Assembly (NCBI GenBank): GCA_038087875.1
Contig: CM075998.1
Coordinates: forward strand, 2,852,001 to 2,916,000
Length of the DNA stretch: 64,000 nt
Reading direction: 5' to 3'
Origin: Malacoraja senta
Taxonomy: Eukaryota
Positions 26,901-39,900 of this stretch are shown here, piece by piece (within the stretch, counting starts at the first letter, position 1; the number at the start of each line of letters is the position of its first letter). Below the pieces are notes generated by a model. The model ran no database searches and had not been told where the DNA came from. It saw only the letters and a list, made by a program, of their open reading frames with translations. The position numbers were made by a program, and so were the translations under genes.

Positions 26901-29900
26901 ACATACCGGTGTGGCAGTTGCCATCTCTTCCCCTGGTTTCTTAAGGGCAGAGCCTGGTAACGTGACATCATACTGCTTGAACCAATTATGTTTTTCCAAC
27001 ACCAGTTTCTCCAAATCCACTGAATCTTCTTTGGAGCCTACTAAGAAAAAGAATTAAAACATCAACATTATCGACTAGCAAGGAAAACGGTGCTAGTTTT
27101 GATAATCCGGAAGTATGTATGGCTGTTGTTACTGTTTTATATTGAGAGTTAAGTAGTACTGCTCAAATGGAGGAAACGTCTTTGGGGCAGCACAGTGATG
27201 CAGCTAATAACATTGTGGAGTCACAACTCCAGTAACTCAGGTTCAATCCTGACCTTGGGTGCTGTCGAAGTGGAGCACGCATTTTCTCTCTGCGACCGCA
27301 TGTTTCCTCCTCCAGTTTAGGGTTTCTAGTTTCTTCCCACATCCCAAAAGATATGTGGGTTGGTAGATTAACTGGATTGCTCTGTGAGCTGGCATAGACT
27401 TGATGGGCTGAAATAGCCACCCCTCTATTGTGAGGACTGGACTATTGTATTCACTGGAGTTTAGAAGGATGAGGGGGGATCTTATAGAAACATATAAAAT
27501 TATAAAAGGACTGGACAAGCTAGATGCAGGAAAAATGTTCCCAATGTTGGGCGAGTCCAGAACCAGGGGCCACAGTCTTAGAATAAAGGGGAGGGCATTT
27601 AAGACTGAGGTGAGAAAAAAACTTTTCACCCAGAGAGTTGTGAATTTATGGAATTCCCTGCCACAGAGGGCAGTGGAGGCCAAGTCACTGGATTTAAGAG
27701 AGAGTTAGATAGAGCTCTAGGGGCTAGTGGAGTCAAGGGATATGGGGAGAAGGCAGGCACTGGTTATTGATAGGGGACGATCAGCCATGATCACAATGAA
27801 TGGCGGTGCTGGCTCGAAAGGCCGAATGGCCTCCTCCTGCATCTATTTTCTATGAAATATACATGGAAACTTCAACAAGAGTTCGGTCAAATGGCCCGAT
27901 TGTTGTAATTTCTATATAATTCAATGAGTGATGTATGATGAAATAAATAATCATATCGTGTTTGGGATGGGTGGTGTTTGGGGACAACCTTGCTTTGTGG
28001 GGTTAATTAAACAGAGCCAAGAATATAATAGGCAGTATATGATGTATGATGAATCCAAGTCTTTTTTCATTACTTTAATTGTTAACAAACTGAAATTGAC
28101 AACAAACGATATAGATAACCATCTATTTTGAATGCTGAGCCATTAAGGAAATCGAATACGTGCCAAAACCCCATCTGCGGAAAACACAGAATGTCAAGAG
28201 TCAATTTCCGACTCCCAAGTTGCAAAGTTAGTTTAGAAACTGTTGGTTTACTTACTTGAATAGAAATGACCAGAGTAGCACAATTGATCATGGTTTGTTA
28301 CTTTTCGCTTATGGAGCATAGGATTTATTATCCATGGGAAATATCTAATTCCCAGCGATGGATTCAAATTACTTCGTTTTGAAAAGGTCAAAGTTACACA
28401 TACCTTGATCAGGGGCTTCCAACGTGGATTTTTTCCCACCTGGCAGGAAAGACCGTGAACCGTCTGGAACAGCCGCAACTTCGTAGGATCCTGGGATCTT
28501 CATTTGGAGCAACTGAGCAAGAACCGTCATCATTCTATTTATATCCTATAACAAATACAGTATTGAGATATTAAATACATGAAACCAGTTTGTACCATTC
28601 CTAATCTTGTTTCTTTATACCTATATCTTCATCTCATAGATGTATTTGTTCAGTGTTAATGTGTACAGAATTTGCCTTACATTTTGTACAATGTCTACCT
28701 GTGGTAAACAGGAGAACATTTAATGATTTTGTGCAATACGACTTTCTAATGACACCGGCTGCCATGAATCAAACTGCCAAGAATGAGACCAGAATAGGTT
28801 TAAATTATTTATTCACCTTGGCAACAGTTCCTGAGACAGTGAGCGTGACTGCAACCTGGTTTCCTTTTTCACTCTTCCATGGACCAGAGAAAGGTACGTC
28901 CTTCTCAGTATTTTCGACAAATGGTTCTGTATTTACAAATGGCTTTGTATCAGGAAATACTAAAGAGAAACAAGTATTTGAAATGGACAAATTAGTAACT
29001 CAGAATTGAAATGTGGACTTAGCAAGACATTAATTAATACCACAGTGCTTGCTATTTTTCCTTAAAATTACAAAATTAACCTAAAACGCTGTATTTATTT
29101 ATTTGAATAGAAGTATCATCTACATATTGCATTAGCAAGTCCAAGTTTAAAGACCGTTTAAATGACGTTTTGCACCAGGTGCTCCTGCATATAGATTAAC
29201 AACGTATGTCATACATAATAACTAATATTGGAAGGATTCTGATGCCACTACGAGATGACCATAGATCTTTTCTGAACCCTTTCTAACTTGACAATATCTT
29301 TCCTATAACATGGTGCCCAGAACTGAACACAATATTCTAAATGCGGTCTCACCAACGTCTTTATATAACTGCAACATAACCTCCCAACTTCTAGACGCAA
29401 TACTCTAACTGATGAAGGCCAAAGTGCCAAAAGCCTTTTTGACCACCTTTATCTACCTGCGTCTCGACCTTCAAGGAACCATGCACCTGTACTCCTAGAT
29501 CCCTCTGCTCGACAACACTACCCAGAGGCCTGCCATTTACTGTGTAGGTCCTGCCCTTGTTCAACGTCACAAAATGCAACACCTCACACTTCTCTGTATT
29601 AAATTCCATCAACCATTCCTCCGCCCACCTGGCCAATCGATCCAGATCCTGCTGTAATTGTTCACAACCTTATTCACTATCTTGAATCCTTGAAATAAAT
29701 AAGCGAGTTTGGTATTCCGAAAAACGCAAGGAATCATGGGATTTGTCAAAGGTCACTCGCGATAAACACTCTCAGCAACTGTGCCGCCGCATGCACAAGA
29801 CCTGCGCCTCGTCCGCAGCCAGGATCGAACCTGGGTCTCCGGCGCCGCAAGCGCTGCCGAACGCCACTGGACCATCCCCGTCCCCTCCCGGGGGCGGACG

Positions 29901-32900
29901 GAGACATTGGGAGTCAGACAGGAGCGGCGCCCCAGGCTCACAGCCAGCGCGGAGAAGCAATGCTGACTCCAGCTCAACTCTGCCTGTCCCGCCGGGTTAA
30001 CTGACAGCCCTGGACTGACGTAAGCCAGACGGGAGTGGCGGCCCAGGCTTACAGCCAGCATGGAGAAGAAGCGCTAACTCCACTGCTCCGGGCTGGTGTC
30101 CGGTCAGTCCAGGGCTGCAGGTTAACCCGGCGGGACAGGCAGAGTTGATCTGCAGTTAGCCTCCGCGCTGGCCGTGGGCCTGGGGCACAGCTCCCGGTGG
30201 ACTCTCGACGTCTCCGGCTGCCCCCGGACGGGGGTGGGGCACGCGGGAGGGGACGGGGATGGTCCAGTGGCGGTTCGGCAGTGCTTGCGGTGCGAGAGAC
30301 CCGGGTCCGATCCTGGCTGCGGATGAGGTGCAGGTCTGTGTGCACGCGGCGGCACGGTTGCCGAGCGTGTTTATCGCGAGTGACCTATGACCTGGGCATG
30401 CGCAGTCAGAATACCGAACTTGCTTATTCAAGAGAATGTTTAAAAAAAAGTATTTCACAAACTGATCAAGAGGGGGCAGTACAGGACTTTGTTTCAAGGA
30501 TTTAACTGGACAAAGGGGAAAATGTGGGCAGTGGGAAAATAATTTGGAGACAGCAATCATAATTTAGTTAGATTTACCAAAGTGACAGAAAATAAGTTAA
30601 ACCAGATGGAGAGAAAAAATCTGCCAGAATGAGATATGAGCTGGTGAAAAAATGGACATGAAGGGAAATCAGCATCATGAGTTGAAGGCATGACTTAAGC
30701 CAAAAACCCTTTCTGGCTTAAGTCCTCCCTCCACCACCTCCAGTTTAAATTCCATTTGGAATATTTTGGAGGACCAAGAAACCAAGAACCATTCAATAAG
30801 ATGAAGGTTCAGACTAAATATTTCCCCACTAAAATAAAGGGGATATCCAAATCAGAAAGTTAAGGAACATACAGGGTTGGAAATGGCATTAAAAGGCAAG
30901 TTAATGACGAGTGCTCAACATTGTAGAAAGTTGGTGCAGGGCAAAACATTGCAGAAGGTGCAGGGATAAAATTAGAAAGGTATTATAGAATTCTTTGCGA
31001 CCACAGGATCACAATAAACATTGTAAGCAATGATTAAACATTGCTTGATGATTGTAAGCAATGATTAAACATTGCCCTACTCCCCACCCCCTATCAGTCT
31101 GAGGAAGGGTTTCGGCCCGAAACGTTACCTATTTCCTTCGCTCCATAGATGCTGCTGCACCCGCTGAGTTTCTCCAGCATTTCTGTGTACCATTAAACAT
31201 TGCTTAATTGGCAATTACTAATTTCTCGTACTAACCTGGGATACAAGCTCCTGGAATGATGGGAATTACAGGAGATAGGGCACGGTCCATTGACTCTTCC
31301 TTCACTTCAGTCAGCAAGGGAAACCGGGATGTTTCCTGCCCAAGCACACTTTCTGGTGAGGATGCCGGCACAATGCTGTCAGGGGTTTGTCTGTCCTCTT
31401 CCAACTCTGCTCTACTGTTGAGAAGAAAGTATGAATCAATTTCTTTATGATTTAGAACTGCTGCAACATTCTGGACCGCAGGTAGATTCTCATCATAAGG
31501 CTACTGGACATCACCTGTGTGCTTTCCTTCAATCGACTGTTTCATTTTCACTCTAGAACTTTGGTTACTTTAAAGGTAATCTTAAAGTTTAAAAAAAAAG
31601 GAAAATAATTCATCCTTGGTTGCACATGCTTATTCTGCGATATGCCAGAGCTTGTGATGTATTCCTGAAGGGGTCACACAAAAAAACTGGACAAGGGAAG
31701 CAGATATTCTTGCATGAGAGGCATTAGAAAACCAAATGGGTTTTTATGCCAATCTGGTAGTTTCATAATTACCATTACTGAGACTACTTTTTTAAAATCC
31801 AGATTTATTGAATCATTTGAATTTAAATCTCCCTGCTGCTATATTGGGATTCAAATTGGTCTCCAGTTTAAAAGCCCAAATCGCTGGATTCTAACCCAGT
31901 AACTTATCCATTATGCTACAATACTTCTTGAAACGATAGGAAGGAAGTATTTCCAACATTAACTTCCCCAAGCTGTTAACAAAAGTTATATTTACCAATT
32001 TGGCGACCTGTTACAAGGAAGAAGGAGCAATGCCTTTGCACAATGCTCTAGGATTGCATGCCAATTAGGTACAAAATCCACCTGCTACTTTGTGTAAATA
32101 GCGCAGTGACTTACGGCAGTAAAGCTTTACTGTTATGAAAATTGAAGACTTAAAATAAATCAGTGAGCATTTAAGAAAAAGAGCGAGTAGAATTTTAAAG
32201 AAGTCTTAGCTGTGAATAAAAAACCTTAGATCTTCATTTTGATTGTGTGGTGGTGTGGGCAAGGAAGCCAACATGTCCATATTTTTCAGTTCTGTCGTCA
32301 TGAGATCTGCAATGAAGTAGAATAAAAATAGCATTACACTGCATTGTAATAAATAAACCAAGGACTAAAGTTACATAATATTCAACTGTGAGCTATGTAC
32401 CATGCCACGGGCATATCAGAAATTAAAACCAATATGACAAGATAGGGAATCTCACCAATAAAAGGTTTTCTAATTAAATACAATCACTTCAGTTTAATTC
32501 CAACTTACAATAAAACATAATAGCATTTGAAATTTTTTTTTTTGAACAAGAATATCACACAAAATCAATCCATCTTTTTTTAAAAATTAATTTAAGATTT
32601 GGGCACCCCAATGGCACAGCTAGTAGAGCTGCTGCTTTTTACTCCAGTGATCAGGGTTCAATCCTGACCTCGAGTCCCATCTGTGTGGGAATTTGGGAAG
32701 AGGTACAGGAGCATCAGCTGCAGAACCAGCAGGAACCAGACACAGCTTCTTCCCACAGGCAATAAAAATGGTTAACGGACTGTGTCCCCTCCCCATACAT
32801 CATACACCAACACATCTAACCTCGCCCATACCTTGACAGCTAGACACCTGTCAAGGTAAAGCCACTGTTCGGTCTGAATGTCTGTTTTTAGTTCAATTTT

Positions 32901-33907
32901 TAGGTCTATTTTAGATATGTTAATTTTAATGTTGTATGTATTTATTCTGCTTTTATTAACTGTACTGACAGGAACTGATGAGAAACAATTTTTTGTTTCT
33001 TCTGTGTATGTAAGTACTCAGTGAAATGATATTAAAGTAAATACTGAATACTGAAATACTGGGTGTGGAGTTTCCACACCCTCCGTGCGACTCCATGGGT
33101 TTCCCCTGGGTGTTCCAGTTTCCTCCAACATACCAAAGACATGCTGGTGGTAGGTGAACTGGCCACTGTAAGTCACCCCTAACTATTGTGTACGTGAATG
33201 GTAGGATTTTGGTGGGGTGGGAAACAGTTGTTAACATTAAGGTCATGAAAATTCAGTGCAAAACCTTTCACAAAGCAATCTGAGACTCAGTCATAGCGAG
33301 ATGCATTGTGGAAACGGCAAATGCGGGCCACTGAGTCTGCACTGATCACCAAATCACACATATGTTTGCATGGTTCTCCCCTACACCAATTTTATTCTCC
33401 CCACATTCCCATCAACTCCCCGCCCCACACAAATTCTACTACTCACCAAAATCAAAAAATCCCTCTTGATAGGGTTAGATCAAATCATTGTTTATTGTGC
33501 CAATAATTTTGCTCATACCTTTTTGTCCTTCATGTTCTTTCTGTCTTTCAGTGAGCTCCTCAGAAGTGGCTAAACCATTTACCAGTTTCTGCTGAACAGA
33601 GGGAGGTGGCGTAGGAGGCAGCGAAGAAGGTGGCGTTGGTGGGTTACTCAGATTGTTCTGCTGAAGACGGACAGAAAATTTAATCGACAATGCCAGAAAA
33701 TGGAAAGAGACGACCTTGCACTCAAGGTCCAAACCAATGTAACTTTCTTTTGAAAGCTATAAAGCAGCAAAATGCATACAATTAAGACAGCAGTATGAAA
33801 TAATTAGTAAATACAAAATGCTGCAGTAACTCAGCGGGACAGGCAGCATCTCAGGAGGGGGGGGAGAGGGAGAGGGAGAAGGAGAGGGAGAAGGAGAGGG
33901 AGAGGGA

Positions 33908-33949
<42 letters not shown>

Positions 33950-36900
33950 CTTTGATCCCGTTGGAGGTGGCAGAAAGGACTAGAGGGACTCTGTCTCTGT
34001 TGCGACTCGGGGGAAGGGGGAGCAAGGGCAGAGCTGCCGGGTACCGAGGAGACACAAGTGAGGGCCTCATCTATGATGGGAGAGGGGAACCCCCCTTCCC
34101 TGAAGAATGAGAACATCTCGGATGTTCTAGTATGGAACACCTCCTCTTGGGCGCAGATGCGGCGTAGACGGAGGAAATGGGAGTAGGGGACAGAGTCTTT
34201 GCAGGAAGCAGGGTGGGAAGAAGTGTAGTCGAGATACTTGTCTTTGGTTCGAAATATATTTGTTTGAAGCTCGACCAGCATACAAAATGTTTCACCTAAA
34301 GTCCTTGACTTTGATTACCAATATATTCTCAGAATTATTTTTGAGTTCAACATGTTAGACTATTTCTGTCTGCAAGTCTCCACTCACCTGCGTTCCAGAC
34401 AGCATTTTCATCACTATTGATCCATTAATTTGCTTTGACAGACCCAAACTACTTTTTTGACTCACTGCTTTTATCAGATGCCAACGAACAAGATTTAACT
34501 TTGGAAGGCAACAGAAAACGCTCTGTCAGAGACTTAATTCAGACTTTACAAAGCAGTGAGATAACTAAACAATAGCAGTGACACAATACTTGCAAACACA
34601 GGATGAGCCCATTCAACTCATCGTGTTCATGCTGGCACCCAGTGGAACAATCCCATTCATCATCTTATTTGCAGAGGTACAGGAAATGTATTCACTCTCA
34701 CATATCCATCAACTCCTCTTTCGACTTTAAAGCGTGGAAACAGTATCTTTGGCCCACCGAGTCCACACGGACCAGCAATTAACCCCGTACACTAGCACTA
34801 TCCTACACACTAGGGACAATTCACAATTTTTACTGAAGCCAATTAACCTACAAACCCGCACGTCTTTGGAGTGTGGGAGGAAACCCACGCAAACACAGGA
34901 AGACAGCACCCGTAGTCAGGATCGAACCCGGGTCTCTGGCGCAGTGAGGCAGCAACTACAGCTGCACCACTGTTTATTATTCACCGCCAAATTTATTATT
35001 CTTTCATCATTTTAGTACCATTTAGCTGCACTAAAGGGCAATTTATTCTAACCAATTAACCTACCAACACAACTTTAGGATTGTGGGAGGAAACTGAAGC
35101 ATTCAGTGAATGTGGTCAGAGAGAGAATGAGCAAACTCCACACAAGGTTGGGCCAAAGGGCCCATTTCCAAGCTGAATGACTCAATCGCATTATTCTGCA
35201 GGGAAAGCTAGATCTTTTACTCCTTATCTCAGCAAATTATGCTAAACGCAACCATAAGTGTCATTTCAGTCATTTACCTTGTACAGAAGCTGCGAGTAGT
35301 AATCGGGAACACTATCCAGAACTGCATTCCCAAATGATCCTTTCAGTTGGTTCTTGCTATTGAAGGGACTGCTCCCAAATGGAGGAAAGAGGCCAAAATT
35401 CACCTCAACGGTAGGTTCCATCAAAGGGAGGAGGGACAGTTGCTGGGGGGAATAAAAATGATAATAATGCCCAAAATAGAGAGAAGCACATCAACAGCCT
35501 GGCATGTAATCTACAGATTCACTCATGAAAAATCATGTATTTACCATACATACTCTTGCAATCCTTTATGTTAAATGACATTTAATTCTCATATTCTATT
35601 TCGTTTTCCCCCTTTTCATTTCAACTCAATTTATTATATTTAGCTTGGTTCACCATGAATCTGAACAAGTTCTTCTTGCCCTATAACCTGACATCAGGGA
35701 GGTACTATGCCATGCAAAGCTCACATGAAAAAGATTAGAGAATTCTCTGTAATGGATTGATATGACTTTACTGTCTGATCTCAGTCAAAGATTCCAAGTG
35801 ATACTAAGTTAATTAAAATCATGGACTGATACCTGCTGCAACTGCTTCATGAGGGCATCTGTACTTTTTATTCCCTCTTCCTTTTTACTCTTCTTTCGTG
35901 AGTTGGTGCCTCTGTCATTTGCTTTTTGTGTCCTTTTCGATTTTGGAGCCAGGTTTTTCTTGCTAATTTCTTGAAATTCCTTAATCTTGCATAAACAAAA
36001 AAAAACAAATTAAACTCAGCTTCACACCTCAGCATTTTCACTCAAATACTCCAAAGCACAAACAAAATCCATAAAATCAGGTATGATTAAGTTCATTTTA
36101 TCCATACTAGATTACTAAATGTGATCCCAAAGCAAGAGAAGAAAGAGCCAACTGCGCTTTGCCATTTCTCTTCAATATTATTTTGAACGTTTATAGAAAA
36201 TCTCTATCATTGGATGAAGAGAAAGCTTGAAACTAAAAAAAAACGCTGATGTGCGTTTGTGTGTGAATATTTCCTGCATTTACTTTTTTATTTTAGATTT
36301 CCAGTACCTGTACTTTTCTCGATTTTCAACTTTGCAGACATAATTGTAAACTAACCTCTGGATTTCCAGTTGCACCTTGAAGTTTCCGATCTATCATCAC
36401 GGCTTTGCTTTCAATGTGTCCTTTTATAGCTAAGTGAGTTCCATCACCAGAGCGCTGTGCCACAAGCTGCAAGTTCTTAGTGCGCAACAGTTTCTGCAGA
36501 AGCAGTTGACCAGCTTCAGATCTGGGGGCAAGGAAAGACTGGTCCCCTACATTCAAGGCATTGAAGGAGTCAGTATTTAACTCATGTTTTAAGGTTCCCT
36601 CAGAATACCCACAGCGAATTGCCTCAATGTTTTCCTGTTTCACTAAGTGACCTGCACTTGTTGTGTTGGCACCTTTAACAGTACCATCCTGTAAGTTGGA
36701 ACAGCTATCCTGTCTTCCCACGACTTTGTGTACACATTCCTCTTGCCCATTCGTTTGATTCAACAGCGATGATTCTGCTCGCAGTCCAGGGTATTCCTCC
36801 TTTGTGACTTGATTTTGGGGGGATACTGGGAAGTCGAATGTGCAAGCTTTAGTCAAGTCGCTTTGCTCATGCGTCTCCATATTAATTCTAGTTTGTGACT

Positions 36901-39900
36901 CAGTGACAGAATTTGCTTTTTCGCCAGTGCCATGTGGCTTCATTGCCGATGCATCAGATTTAGAATCCAATATCTTCTGATGTATTATCCCAATAGGGTT
37001 TGCCATACAATGAGTACTTTCTTCAGATTCGTGGCTTTTGAGTACTTCTGATTGTGGCTGTACTATTGTTTCCAAAGTTTCATTTTGTAGTGACACATCT
37101 CCTGAATTGCTTTTATTTACCTCAGGATGGAGGATTTGTGAACGAATGCAATGAGCTTGGGCAGATACCGATTCATTTGTTGACCCTGCGTTCTGCCTTG
37201 CTTGTTTGTTTTGAATTAGATGGGCCATCTCTTGAGGTTTCCCTCCATGTTCAGCTTTAATTTGCTGCACATAAACCATGCCTGGACGAAGAGGACCCAA
37301 ACCCATCTGTTGACTGGTCACTTGAACTGGACGTAGGCCTGGATGCTGCTGTTGAAACGACTGTGAAGTCATGATGCTTTGCATTCCCTGCCTTGGATCT
37401 CCCACTGTTCCATGCTGCTGAGATGTCGCTACACGCACGACTCCTTGCAAACCGAGACCATTATTCTGTTGGAGATTTGTAACAGATGGGTGTACACGTC
37501 TCATTAATTGATTTTGATGAGCCATTGATCTCTGCTGCCCTGCGACACCTTGTTGCATTGCTTGTTGCACTGATATCACCGATCGTGTTTGTAGATTCTG
37601 ATACATCATGCCCGGAGACTGTCCCAGCCCCACTGCGCTCTTAGGCATGTTCTGAATCTGTGGTTGGTTACGGTCCTGTCCCATTACGCACTGGGGAGGC
37701 AGCAATGAATCTTGCTCCATTGCAATTTGGGCTCGTTGCAGTCCCTGACTCAGTGTACCTGGAGGCGGCTGCTCTTGTTGCTGCTCTTGTTGCTCTCCAC
37801 TAATTGTACCTAAACTCTGAAACCGCTGTCCTTGCCCCATTGTACCTGGAGACTGCCTCTGTGCCATAAAGCTCTGCAGTTGCAGCTGTCCTTGACTTTG
37901 CCCAAATATGCTCTGTGAACGCAGTTGCTGCTGTCCTTGCTCCTGGTTCACCATAGTCTGGGATAGCTGTTCTTGACCAGACAGGTTCTGGAGTTGTCCT
38001 TGTCTGGCTGCACCTTGTGTCTGCAATTGCCATTGTCCCATCAGGCCATGGAGTAGTTGCTGCTGTTGCCCATGCCTTATCCCAATCAAACATTGGGGCT
38101 GCTGCTGTTGCTTTGCCTGCCCCATTGGGGCTTGAGATTGAGATTGTCCCATCCCAATTGTGCCATGGGGTTGCTGTTGTGCTATTCCCATTGTACTCTG
38201 AATTTGGAGCTGCTGTTGTGCCACTCCAATTATACCAGGAGATTGCGTTTGCTGTTGTCCAACTCCTGCCAGACCGAGCCCCTGAGGCTGCTGACCCATT
38301 CCCACAGCTCCCTGGGATGACTGCTGCTGTACTACTCCGTGCCCCAAAGGGCCCTGATGAGGCTGTTGTCCTGTGGCACACAGGGTCTGGGGATGTTGTA
38401 CCATGGTGCCGTGGGTCTGGAGATGTTGTACAATGGCGTTGTGTGTCTGGGAATGTTGTACCATGGCACCCATGGACTGGGAATGTTGTACCATGGCTCC
38501 CTGGCTCTGCGGATGATGCACCATAGCGCCCTGGGTCTGGGGATGTTGTCCACCGGTACCCAGGGACTGGGGATGTTGTACCATGGCACCCAGGGACTGG
38601 TGATGTTGTACTATGGCACCCAGGGACTGGGGATGTTGTCCACCCGTGCCCAGGGACTGGGGCTGTGGTACCATGGCACCCAGGGACTGGGAATGTTGTA
38701 CTGTGGGGCTCTGGGTCTGGGGATGCTGACCCCCGGTGCCCTGGAACTGGGGATGTTGTATCATGGCGCCCTGGGACTGGGGGTGTTGTCCGTCAGTGCC
38801 CGGAGTCTGGGGCTGTTGCCCGTCAGTGGTCTGCGGCCGTTGGCCCACAGTGCCCTGGGACTGGTGCTGTTGTCCATCAGAGCCCTGACCCTGTTGCCCA
38901 CTGGTGCCCTGTGATGTGGGCTGCTGTCCGTCGTTGTCCAAAGGCTGTTGTCTGCCAGTGCCCATGGATGGGGACTGTTGTCCTTGTATCTGGGGCTGTT
39001 GTCCACTGGTGCCCTGGGTCTGGGGGTGTTGTCCATCTGTGCCCAGGGTTTGGGGCTGTTGTCCGGTGCCCTGAGATGGTGGCTGTTGTCCGTCGGTGCC
39101 CTGCAATGGGGGCTGTTGTCCGTCGGTGCCCCGCGATGGGGGCTGTTGTCCGTCGGTGCCCTGCGATGAGGAGTGTTCTCCATTATTGCCTTGGGTCGGT
39201 GGCTGTTGAGTCGCTGTGTCCAGGGACGAGGGCTGTTGTTCGTCAGTAGCCAGGGACGGGGGCTCTTGTTCGCCGGTGCCCTGCGATGATGTGTGTTCTC
39301 CATCAGTGGTTTGGGTAGGGGGCTGTTGAGTCACGGTGCCCAGTGACTGGACCTGTTGTCCGTCAGTGCCTTGGGTCTCGTGCTGTTGAGTCGTGGTGCC
39401 CATGGACTGGGGCTGTTGTATGCGGGGGCCTAGGGTTTGGGGCTGTTGTTTGCCGGGACCCAGGATCTGGTGTGGTTGAGTCGCAGTGCCTTGGGACTGG
39501 GGCCGTTGACCCGCTGTGCCCTGAGACTGGGGTTGTGGAGCCTCAGTGCCCTGGGTCTGGGGTTGTTGAACTGCTCTGCCCTGGGTCTGTTGTCCTGCAG
39601 CGCCCTGGGTCTGGGCCTGGGCCTGTTGTTCGGCTGTGTCCTGAGCCTGTTGTTCAGCCATGTCCTGGGTCTGCGCCTGTTGTCCCGCAGTGCCCTGGGT
39701 CGGGGGCTGTTGTCCAGCCGTGCCCTGGGTCGGGGGCTGTTGTCCGGCTGTGCCCAGGGCACGTTGACCTCTAATGTCCCGGGTGTGGGCCTGTTGACCG
39801 GCTGTGTCCTGGGTCAGGGCCTGTTGTCCAACTGTGCCCTGGGCCTGTTGACCCACGGTGCCCTGGGTCTGGGCTTGTTGACCTGCGGTACCTTGGGCAC

